Assembly (NCBI GenBank): GCA_965372535.1
Contig: CBDVCR010000002.1
Span: 1-53,967 of the forward strand
Direction of reading: 5' to 3'
Length of the DNA: 53,967 nt
Source: an uncultured bacterium
GTDB lineage: Bacteria; Nitrospirota; Thermodesulfovibrionia; Thermodesulfovibrionales; JdFR-86
The position numbers and the translations under genes were made by a program. Below, one piece after another: positions 46,335 through 53,967 of the stretch. How positions within the stretch are numbered: position 1 is the first letter of the stretch; every line of letters starts with the position of its first letter. The notes under the pieces are model-generated. The model did not search any database, had not been told where the DNA came from, and worked only from the letters and a program-made list of their open reading frames with translations.

Positions 46335-47894
46335 ATGGAGGCGAAGTATGTAATTGCAGCCATCGGTATCGGTATTGCATTCGGCACCCTGCTTGCCGTG
46401 GTTTACGGCTATTATGTTAAGGCGAAATGGGGAGCGCTGGAGACGCAGAAGGAATCCGTCGTAAAGGATGCGGAGAGGACGGCCTCGGCCATAAAGAAAG
46501 AGGCCGCAATCGAGGCCAAGGACATCGTATACCAGGCCAAGTCGGAGGCCGAAAAGGAGCTTAAGGAAAGGCACAACGAGCTAAGCCAGAACGAGAAGAG
46601 GCTCAGGCACAAGGACGACCTCCTGGAGAAGAAGCTCGAACAGGCCGAAAGAAAGGACAGCGAACTCGGCAGGAAGGAGAAGGAGTTAGGCCAGAAGGAA
46701 AAGGACGTCCAGGAGAAGGAGAGCCATTACGCCCGGCTTATCGGCGAGCAGACCGCCCTGCTTGAGAAGTACTCGGGCATAAGCGCCGATGAGGCCAGGC
46801 AGGAGCTTTTCAGGAGGGTGGAGGAGGACTCCACCTTCGAGGCGGCCAAGCTGGCAAAGAGAATCGAGGACGAGGCGCGGGAGACCGCGGACAAGAAGGC
46901 CAAGGCGATAATCAGCCATTCCATCCAGCGCTACGCCAGCGACTACATAGCCGACGCCACGGTGTCCTCGGTGAGCCTCAAGAGCGATGAGTTGAAGGGG
47001 CGTATTATAGGCAGGGAAGGCCGCAATATCCGGGCGCTCGAGGCGGCCACCGGGGTGGACCTCATCGTGGACGACACGCCGGAGGTGGTCACCATCTCGG
47101 CCTTCGACCCCGTAAGGAGAGAGGTGGCGAGGCTCGCCCTCGAAAAACTGATTGCCGACGGCAGAATTCATCCGGCGAGGATTGAGGAGATAGTTGAGAA
47201 GGTAAAGAGAGAGGTGGACGCCATAATCATCGAGGAAGGGGAAAAGGCGGTCTTCGACCTCGGCCTCGCGGGCGTGCACCCGGAACTCGTTAAAACCCTC
47301 GGGCGGCTCAAGTACAGGACCTCGTACGGGCAGAACGTGCTCCAGCACTCAAGAGAGGTGGCCTACCTCGCCGGCCTGATGGCCGGGGAACTCGGCGTGG
47401 ACATAAGGCTTGCCAAGAGGGCGGGGCTGCTGCACGACCTCGGCAAGGCCGTGGACCACGAGGTTGAAGGCCCGCACCACGAGATAGGCGGGAAGCTGGC
47501 CAAAAAACACGGGGAGAAGGAAGAAGTCGTAAACGCCATAATGGCCCACCACGGCGACGTGGAGGTGGCCACCGTGGAGGCCGCCCTGGTGGCCGCGGCG
47601 GACGCCCTCTCGGCGGCGCGCCCCGGCGTGAGGCGCGAGAGCATAGAGAACTACATAAAGCGGCTTGAAAAACTCGAAGAACTCGCCATGTCCTACGACG
47701 GGGTGGACAAGTGCTACGCCGTCCAGGCCGGAAGGGAACTCAGGCTTATCGTCAAGCCCGACAGCGTAAACGACAACATGTCGTGGAACATCGCAAGGGA
47801 GTTGTCCAAAAAAATAGAGCAGGAAATGACCTATCCCGGGCAGATAAAGGTTACCGTCATCCGGGAGTCCAGGTACGTGGAGTACGCCAAATAG
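46335..47894 (+). CDS. rny: ribonuclease Y
   Basis: N-terminal TM helix, KE-rich coiled coil, KH '[15 protein letters not shown]', HD '[12 protein letters not shown]'. Confidence 0.95.
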   Translation: MEAKYVIAAIGIGIAFGTLLAVVYGYYVKAKWGALETQKESVVKDAERTASAIKKEAAIEAKDIVYQAKSEAEKELKERHNELSQNEKRLRHKDDLLEKKLEQAERKDSELGRKEKELGQKEKDVQEKESHYARLIGEQTALLEKYSGISADEARQELFRRVEEDSTFEAAKLAKRIEDEARETADKKAKAIISHSIQRYASDYIADATVSSVSLKSDELKGRIIGREGRNIRALEAATGVDLIVDDTPEVVTISAFDPVRREVARLALEKLIADGRIHPARIEEIVEKVKREVDAIIIEEGEKAVFDLGLAGVHPELVKTLGRLKYRTSYGQNVLQHSREVAYLAGLMAGELGVDIRLAKRAGLLHDLGKAVDHEVEGPHHEIGGKLAKKHGEKEEVVNAIMAHHGDVEVATVEAALVAAADALSAARPGVRRESIENYIKRLEKLEELAMSYDGVDKCYAVQAGRELRLIVKPDSVNDNMSWNIARELSKKIEQEMTYPGQIKVTVIRESRYVEYAK

Positions 47895-47900
47895 CGGCGC

Positions 47901-48683
47901 ATGAAGGTCCTTTTCGTCGGCGATATCGTTGCCAGGGCGGGCAGGACCGCCCTTAAGGCCCTCCTGCCGAAAATCAGGGACCGCTACAGGCTCGACGTCG
48001 TCCTGGCAAACGGCGAAAACGCCGCGGGCGGCTTCGGCATCACGGAGAAGGTGGCCTCCGAGCTTTTCGCCATGGGCGTGGAGGTCATCACCACCGGCAA
48101 CCACGTCTGGGACAAGAAAGAGGCCGTTAAATACCTGGACCGGGAAAAGCGCATACTGCGGCCCCTTAACTACCCCCCCGGCGTCCCCGGCATGGGCAGC
48201 ATCGTCCATGAAACCAAAAAGGGGGAGAAATTGGCCGTCCTTAACGTCTCCGGCAGGGTGTTCATGCAGAACTACGACTGCCCCTTCCGGGGCGTCGAGG
48301 CGGAGCTTGAGAAGCTCAAGGGGGTCACGAAAAACATCGTCGTCGATTTCCACGCCGAGGCCACGTCGGAGAAAATCACCTTCGGCTATTTCCTGGACGG
48401 CAAGGTCAGCGCCGTTCTCGGCACGCACACCCATGTGCAGACCGCGGACGAGAAAGTGCTCCCCGGCGGCACGGCCTACATTACCGACGTCGGGATGACA
48501 GGCCCCGCGGACTCCATCATCGGGGTGGAAAAAGAACAGATAATCGAGCGGTTTCTGACCCTGATGCCCCGGAGGTTCGACGCGGCCAAAGGCCCGGCGA
48601 TGCTCAACGCCGTGGTGCTCGACATTGACGGAAAGACCGGCCGCTCCACCGCCATCCACAGGCTCCAGCTTACGCACCCGTAG
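47901..48683 (+). CDS. ymdB: YmdB-family metallophosphoesterase (2',3'-cyclic-nucleotide phosphodiesterase)
   Basis: 'MKVLFVGDIV', 'ANGENAAGGFGIT', 'TTGNHVWD', 'DFHAEATSEK', 'GTHTHVQTADE'. Confidence 0.9.
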   Translation: MKVLFVGDIVARAGRTALKALLPKIRDRYRLDVVLANGENAAGGFGITEKVASELFAMGVEVITTGNHVWDKKEAVKYLDREKRILRPLNYPPGVPGMGSIVHETKKGEKLAVLNVSGRVFMQNYDCPFRGVEAELEKLKGVTKNIVVDFHAEATSEKITFGYFLDGKVSAVLGTHTHVQTADEKVLPGGTAYITDVGMTGPADSIIGVEKEQIIERFLTLMPRRFDAAKGPAMLNAVVLDIDGKTGRSTAIHRLQLTHP

Positions 48684-48973
48684 GGGGGGGGAGGTAGGGG
48701 GTTGCTTCCTGAAACAAGAAAATTAACGGATTAATAAATTATGATAATTTCAAACATAAATTCGCAGCGAGGACTTCTTCCTGAACTTTGCAGGGTCAGA
48801 GGGGTGAAAAAACTGCGGAGTAGCAGTGTAAATCAACAGGGGAACATGGAAGTGGCCCTGTATGCCTGCAGGAAGAGCTATTTATCTTGATAATATTGGA
48901 ATTCATGTGCTAATCTTTTCCATGATAAATAAACAATTTTCCATAAAATTCAGTGCTTATAGGGCTTTTTTGA

Positions 48974-49894
48974 ATGCTTGACCCAGTTGAATTATTTCCA
49001 GAAATTCCCAATTTATATCAATTCCCGAGCGTGCATGCAGGGATGCTATATGATGAAGAACGGGTGGCAAAATATTCAGCAGCTATCAAACAAGTTATAA
49101 AAAAGGGCGATGTTGTGGCAGATATTGGCACAGGAACAGGACTTCTTGCATTTTTATGCTTAAAGGCAGGTGCAAAGAGGGTGCATGCTATCGAACGATC
49201 ATCAGCAATAGATTGGGCCAAACGAATTGCCGACAAGAATGGGTTAAGCGATAGAATTATTTTTCATAAGCAAGATTCGCGAGATTGCGATCTTCCGGAG
49301 AAGGTTAATGTGGTAGTGAGCGAACTTATTGGTCACATTGCTTTTGAGGAGGGAATGGCCGAATCGCTTTTCGACGCGAGGGAAAGGTTCCTTGTGCCAG
49401 GTGGCGTCTTGGTGCCGGAAAAAGTAGATTTAAGAGTGGCACTTGTTGAAGAAAAGGAGGTTTATCCAGAGTGTATAGATTGTTGGCAAGATATAGGAGG
49501 AATTGATTATTCACCTATGCGTGAAGAAGCGGTTAAGGCATGTTATTTGTCCAATTTAAAAGACCGTGATCTTTTGTCAAAACCAAAGACTTTTTTTAGG
49601 GCGGATTTCCAAGCAAGAAGGCCGTTAAATCTAAAAGGAAAACATTCATTTGATGTCTGTCGTGACGGGAAAATAAATGGGATTGCTTTATGGTTTGAAT
49701 CATGTCTTTCTCCTACTGTCACACTTTCTTCAGGTCCTGGGACACGAACGCACTGGAAACAATGCTTTGCGCCGCTAACAGAAGCGATTCATGTAAGTAT
49801 GGGTGATAACGTTTGCGTTAATATCGATATGCAATTACGCACTAAAGAAAATGATTCGTTTCGAATTATTTTTAGCGTTGAAAAGAAAGATTAA
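48974..49894 (+). CDS. protein arginine N-methyltransferase (PRMT)-like SAM-dependent methyltransferase
   Basis: 'HAGMLYDEERVAKY', motif I 'VVADIGTGTGLL', 'AKRVHAIERS', double-E loop 'VVVSELIGHIAFEEGM', THW loop 'THWKQ', plus a full-length beta-barrel region. Confidence 0.85.
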   Translation: MLDPVELFPEIPNLYQFPSVHAGMLYDEERVAKYSAAIKQVIKKGDVVADIGTGTGLLAFLCLKAGAKRVHAIERSSAIDWAKRIADKNGLSDRIIFHKQDSRDCDLPEKVNVVVSELIGHIAFEEGMAESLFDARERFLVPGGVLVPEKVDLRVALVEEKEVYPECIDCWQDIGGIDYSPMREEAVKACYLSNLKDRDLLSKPKTFFRADFQARRPLNLKGKHSFDVCRDGKINGIALWFESCLSPTVTLSSGPGTRTHWKQCFAPLTEAIHVSMGDNVCVNIDMQLRTKENDSFRIIFSVEKKD

Positions 49895-49908
49895 TTCAAA
49901 GGTAAAAA

Positions 49909-51642
49909 ATGCCAAATCCAGAAACATTTGAGGTGTTTGATTTACTCGATAAATACAAAGGTCGCTTAAAAACGATAGGGTTTTTGAAGGGGAGTTCACT
50001 TAAAGATATTGAAGATAAATTAAAAAAGTTAATGGGATTATTTCCAAAAGGCGTAAAGGATAAAGAAGAATCATTGGACTGGCATGAAGCACATGAAATA
50101 GGGCGAGACTTATGGCGCCAATTGATAAGCGCTGCGATAAATAGTATTGATGAAAATTCCAAGGGAAATTCGAAGCTTTTTGAATATCTCGATGACGCAA
50201 CAAAATTTGAAGATTTATTATATGGACTGGACCCATACTATAGAGACCACACATTGCATTCGTTATGGGTTTATTTTTTAGGAGACCAACTGTTAAATAA
50301 TGATTTAAAACATGTTTATGAGCAGCTAAATTGGTACTTATTCAATGATATCAAAAGAGATGAGGAGAAGTATCAATATAAAACAGAATTGGTGAATTTT
50401 TCAAAAATAAAAAAAGAGCTACTTTGTAATGAAGTGAATAAACATAAAGATGCAATTTGGTGTATTATCGCGCTGTGTCATGATCTGGGATATTCTCTTG
50501 CCAAATTAAATAGGCTCAATGCAAGTGTCCAAAAGGTATTAGAATATTACGATGTACCTGACTTCAGGCATGTTGGATATTCGTTAGATATTGAGCACCA
50601 ATACCTTATGTCACAGTTTCTCGAATTGATGTGCATGGATGTACGTATTGAGCCTAGCGAGAAATATGATGACCCAAAAAAAATAACCCGAGGAGCAAAG
50701 AAATGGCTATCTGCTTGGAATGATGCAAACAATGGTAAATATAGCGACGATGAACGTAAGGAAAAAGTAAACAGCCTTTCACAAAGAATCCCAAGAGAGT
50801 TAGAAAATAAAATATCAGTTAAATGCTATAAGGATGACTCAACATACTGGCGATTATGTCGAGCACTAGAGAAGAAGGAACATGGAATATTAAGTGCGTA
50901 TTTAATTTATAAAATTCTTGGCATTTTTGCAGAAAGTTCAGTGCGAGGGCCTGCGGAAGAGTGGGGTCTTGACGATGCGGAAACGCAACGCAATATAATT
51001 AGAGGCGATATTCTTTTTGCAATTGCTCAGCATGGATTCGATTTTGCTCATCTAAATCAGTTAGGTAGTCTCGCTGACCTTCTAATAATTGCTGATGAAT
51101 TAGAGGAATTTACTAGATACGGTAGACAATTGGCATCACGAAAATATACCGCTACGACCGCAAAAACATCAATAGAATTTAGAAATCCCCAAAATAATGA
51201 GGGAATTAAGCCAGGACAGGATATCGAGATAGATATTGCTTATTATTGTAAGCATAAGCAGGAAGAACATTTTCTTGATTTTTTTCGTAGAAAAGCAGAA
51301 AAACGATTATGTAGTATCTATTCCCTTAAGCCAACACGAGAAGAAAAGGCAGAGGAGGAAAAGGATAATTATTGCACCATAACAAGCATTAAAATGAATA
51401 TGAAGTGGGAAGACCCAAAAGATGAGACAAACAAAAAGGAATATTGGTTTAAATTTTCCAGTGATGGCAAACTTTGGGGCGGTTTGCCAGAGTATAAATT
51501 AGACGACAGGGATAGTGAAATGCCGGAAGAAGGATATGAGCTAAAATCTTATGATGATGAACTCCGAGTTTATTATGATGGAAAAGAGATAAAATTAAAA
51601 AAATGGTTAGGATTAGATAAGTCGGATGTTGAAAAAGATTAA
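49909..51642 (+). CDS. HD-domain-like protein of unknown function (577 aa)
   Basis: 'RDHTLHSLWVYFLG' ... 'IIALCHDLGYSL' ... 'LLIIADELEEF' give H-HD-D spacing. I recognised no other domain. Confidence 0.7.
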   Translation: MPNPETFEVFDLLDKYKGRLKTIGFLKGSSLKDIEDKLKKLMGLFPKGVKDKEESLDWHEAHEIGRDLWRQLISAAINSIDENSKGNSKLFEYLDDATKFEDLLYGLDPYYRDHTLHSLWVYFLGDQLLNNDLKHVYEQLNWYLFNDIKRDEEKYQYKTELVNFSKIKKELLCNEVNKHKDAIWCIIALCHDLGYSLAKLNRLNASVQKVLEYYDVPDFRHVGYSLDIEHQYLMSQFLELMCMDVRIEPSEKYDDPKKITRGAKKWLSAWNDANNGKYSDDERKEKVNSLSQRIPRELENKISVKCYKDDSTYWRLCRALEKKEHGILSAYLIYKILGIFAESSVRGPAEEWGLDDAETQRNIIRGDILFAIAQHGFDFAHLNQLGSLADLLIIADELEEFTRYGRQLASRKYTATTAKTSIEFRNPQNNEGIKPGQDIEIDIAYYCKHKQEEHFLDFFRRKAEKRLCSIYSLKPTREEKAEEEKDNYCTITSIKMNMKWEDPKDETNKKEYWFKFSSDGKLWGGLPEYKLDDRDSEMPEEGYELKSYDDELRVYYDGKEIKLKKWLGLDKSDVEKD

Positions 51643-51660
51643 ACTTAAGAATTTTTTACT

Positions 51661-52047
51661 ATGAAGAAAATAGAAAAGAAACCATATGGATTTGAGCTGA
51701 TAATAGATTTACATAAATGTGACGTGTCTACATTTAACAGAGAAAGCCTTGACGCTTATTTTGCAAAACTGTGCAAGGCAATTAAGATGCAAAAATGCGA
51801 ACGATATTTCTGGGATGATGTTGGATTGCCAGAAGAGCAGAAGCAGACATCTCCTCATACAAAAGGGTCTTCGGCAGTACAGTTTATCCTTACCAGTTCT
51901 ATTGTTATTCATACGTTGGATTTATTAGAAGCTGTTTATATAAATATTTTTTCATGTAAAAAATACAATAAGGAGCTGGCAGTTAAGATTACAAAAGAGT
52001 GGTTTGTTGCAAAGGAAGTTAGAACGCATTTCATTGAGAGGATTTAG
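51661..52047 (+). CDS. SpeH-type (class 1) S-adenosylmethionine decarboxylase-like pyruvoyl enzyme, divergent
   Basis: Aligns by eye with prokaryotic AdoMetDC. 'YGFELIIDLHKC', 'GSSAVQFILTSSIVIHT' (canonical ...ISESHLTIHT) and 'INIFSCKKY' (canonical DLFTCG). Confidence 0.8.
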   Translation: MKKIEKKPYGFELIIDLHKCDVSTFNRESLDAYFAKLCKAIKMQKCERYFWDDVGLPEEQKQTSPHTKGSSAVQFILTSSIVIHTLDLLEAVYINIFSCKKYNKELAVKITKEWFVAKEVRTHFIERI

Positions 52048-52048
52048 C

Positions 52049-53413
52049 ATGTTGCTGACCAGACGAGAGCTTGATATCCCTGCAGTAAAAACTAATAAAT
52101 ACTTATTGAATTATTTTCGAGAAGAAGTTGAAAAAAATATTGAAGCTGATGAAATACCAGTACGATTTGCGGTAACACAAAGTGATTCGAATGTAAACAA
52201 ATGCGAATTAGGCATTCTTAAAAGAGCAAACCGTTCATATGCACATCGGCTGTCATCTATCTTTGATTTTACTCCGAGAGAAATCGAAAACACCAAAAAC
52301 TTTAATGCGGTGATGATAGTCCCCACTGGTATCGGAGCGGAGATTGGAGGTCATGCCGGAGACGCTACTCCAGCAGCAAGATTGTTGGCTTCAGTTTGTG
52401 ATACGCTGGTAACCCATCCGAATGTGGTAAATGCTTCTGACTTAAACGAATTGCCAGCTAATGGGTTATATGTTGAAGGTAATACGCTGACACAATTGTT
52501 GATGGGCACGGTAGGTTTACAGAAGGTTAGAGCAAATCGAATACTTATGGTTATCGATAAACACCCGGATAGTAGAATTTCTGATTTTTCTATCAATGCT
52601 GTTTCTGCTGCTCGTAGTACATTGGGAATTGATTGTCAAGTAATTGAGATGGATTCGCCGATACTAATGCGTCCAGATTATTCTACTTCGGGTACTGCAG
52701 TGGGCAGAATCGAAGGCATTGAGCGGCTTTGCGAAGTGCTTAGCGCTCATAGAGCAGAATATGATGCTATAGCTCTGACTTCAATTATTGATGTGTCAAA
52801 GGAACTCATGATGGATTATTTTCAAAGTTCTGGAGATATGGTTAATCCGTGGGGTGGCGTGGAGGCAATGTTGACGCATGCGATAACAATGTTATTTGGG
52901 GTGCCAGCAGCACATTCCCCTATGTTAGAATCGACAGACGTATTAGAGATGCAACTTGGCATAGTAGATCCACGCATGTCTGCTGAAGCAATATCTACCA
53001 GTTTTCTTCACTGCATATTAAAGGGGCTTCACCAAAGTCCTCGAATTATCACTGACGGCCTATTATTTACGCATCCGAGTGTAATAACTGCAGCTGATAT
53101 ATCATGTATGGTGATACCAGATGGATGTGTGGGTTTACCGACACTTGCAGCGCTGGAGCAAGGAATTCCCGTAATAGCAGTAAAAGAGAATAAAAGCCGA
53201 ATGAAGAATGATCTTAAGGCACTTCCATTTAGGCCTGGCAAACTCTTCTTTGCAGAGAATTATCTCGAAGCAGTAGGTATAATGGTCGCCCTCAAAGCTG
53301 GAGTATCTTTAACTTCTGTACGTAGACCGTTAAGTCCAACAAAAGTTTCTACAGAAAAACGAGATAAAGACATGGCCAACCCAGAGATAGCTCAGATAAA
53401 ACTAAAAGCGTAA
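52049..53413 (+). CDS. DUF3326-like protein of unknown function (family name recalled from memory) with an ~85-aa N-terminal extension
   Basis: Start reset to ATG 52049 (GAGAGGA SD, 1 nt after the upstream stop). Conserved-looking core 'IVPTGIGAEIGGHAGDATPAARLLA...THPNVVNAS'. Confidence 0.65.
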   Translation: MLLTRRELDIPAVKTNKYLLNYFREEVEKNIEADEIPVRFAVTQSDSNVNKCELGILKRANRSYAHRLSSIFDFTPREIENTKNFNAVMIVPTGIGAEIGGHAGDATPAARLLASVCDTLVTHPNVVNASDLNELPANGLYVEGNTLTQLLMGTVGLQKVRANRILMVIDKHPDSRISDFSINAVSAARSTLGIDCQVIEMDSPILMRPDYSTSGTAVGRIEGIERLCEVLSAHRAEYDAIALTSIIDVSKELMMDYFQSSGDMVNPWGGVEAMLTHAITMLFGVPAAHSPMLESTDVLEMQLGIVDPRMSAEAISTSFLHCILKGLHQSPRIITDGLLFTHPSVITAADISCMVIPDGCVGLPTLAALEQGIPVIAVKENKSRMKNDLKALPFRPGKLFFAENYLEAVGIMVALKAGVSLTSVRRPLSPTKVSTEKRDKDMANPEIAQIKLKA

Positions 53414-53576
53414 TAAATAGTGACAGCGGAAAAATAAATAGCCTACATTAATCCGCAAGTCAAAATTCATTATGAAGGCAACAGTAGTAGGCGTTAGCCG
53501 CAAAAACCTGCCTGAGCGTCACAGGGCACGACTTTGTAACCCGCCCTCCGCGGGTTTCGTGAGAAAAAGGAACCTG

Positions 53577-53914
53577 TCAAGGTGAACGGGTTCACATGGA
53601 CAAGTTCCGCCCGGGGGAATTACAATGGGCGTGGAGCATTAAGGGAGCAGGTTACAAACCTGCTCCCGCAAAGTGCGGAGCGTTCTTTGACATAGGAGTG
53701 AGACCGGATTCAAGGATTCAAGGAATAATCCCCCCACGCCCCCCTTTACAAAAGGGTGGGACAAAGGAGTACATCCTTCGACCTTTCGGCAGGCTCAAGG
53801 CTCAGGATGATTCGTAATGAAGGCCGGGCGGCTTTGAACACCTCTTGAACGCCAAAACAGGCCGGAATGTTCCGAAAAATCAGGGGGTTATAAAGGTTTT
53901 AAAGGAAATGCTCT
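53577..53914 (+). repeat. mosaic intergenic repeat, family B, copy 2
   Basis: Modules shared with 7345-7690 in a different order. Includes the CCCCCCTTTAC.AAAGGG hairpin module also seen in family A. Confidence 0.6.
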
Positions 53915-53967
53915 TCCACCGCCCTACAGATAGATTGGACACTGAATAAGCAAGCATAATAGCTTAG

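Noticed and set aside
47349-48677. 442-aa ORF antisense to rny/ymdB. Similar long shadow ORFs: 12603..13763(+), 26107..27150(+), 37394..38428(-), 10253..11140(+), 4075..5019(-), 261..1013(-).
   Set aside because: They lie antisense to genes with unmistakable family signatures. Their products are Arg/Gly/Pro/His-rich low-complexity strings typical of open shadow frames in GC-rich DNA, with no recognisable motifs.
48684-53576. Calling the AT-rich island a prophage remnant, an ICE or a known defence system
   Set aside because: There are no integrase, recombinase, transposase, phage structural or conjugation genes, no tRNA target and no convincing flanking direct repeats. I could not match the gene set to any named defence system, so only 'horizontally acquired island of unknown function' is supported.

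Overview
GC-rich bacterial chromosomal segment (about 65 % G+C by my spot counts of single lines). It is probably from an anaerobe, given a class II B12-dependent RNR and an anaerobic-type benzimidazole gene. Left to right: LPS-core glycosyltransferases (two GT9 heptosyltransferases and a GT4), nrdJ, pdxJ-acpS, a repeat-filled 0.9-kb gap and two TPR proteins. Next comes a ~21-kb minus-strand surface-polysaccharide locus (10.3-31.4 kb). It has Wza/Wzc/PHP-phosphatase export genes, Wzx, two Wzy_C-type proteins, a PglF/E/C-like amino-sugar module, two GT2, a GNAT, two sulfotransferases and cysC-cysQ, so I predict a sulfated polysaccharide. Its central ~6 kb is AT-rich. The only two frame disruptions I found both hit sulfation genes: cysC, and a sulfotransferase broken at a T8 tract beside a 3 x 30-bp tandem repeat. 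Downstream are a cobalamin-riboswitch-controlled bzaF-like/cobU-cobT-cobS-cobC operon, rpsP-KH-trmD-rplS-rnhB (no rimM), a sensor kinase with two binding proteins, a TrpE/PabB-like gene, pyrF, dcd and rny-ymdB. The most unusual element is a ~4.8-kb AT-rich island (48.7-53.5 kb) with a tight four-gene operon. It encodes a eukaryote-type PRMT-like methyltransferase, an orphan HD-domain protein, a SpeH-like pyruvoyl decarboxylase with a non-canonical cleavage motif, and a DUF3326-like protein. I know of no described system with this composition. Two non-coding repeat families punctuate the window: a ~170-bp MITE-like element (3 copies) and a mosaic ~350-bp element (2 copies). No rRNA, tRNA, CRISPR array, transposase or integrase was recognised.
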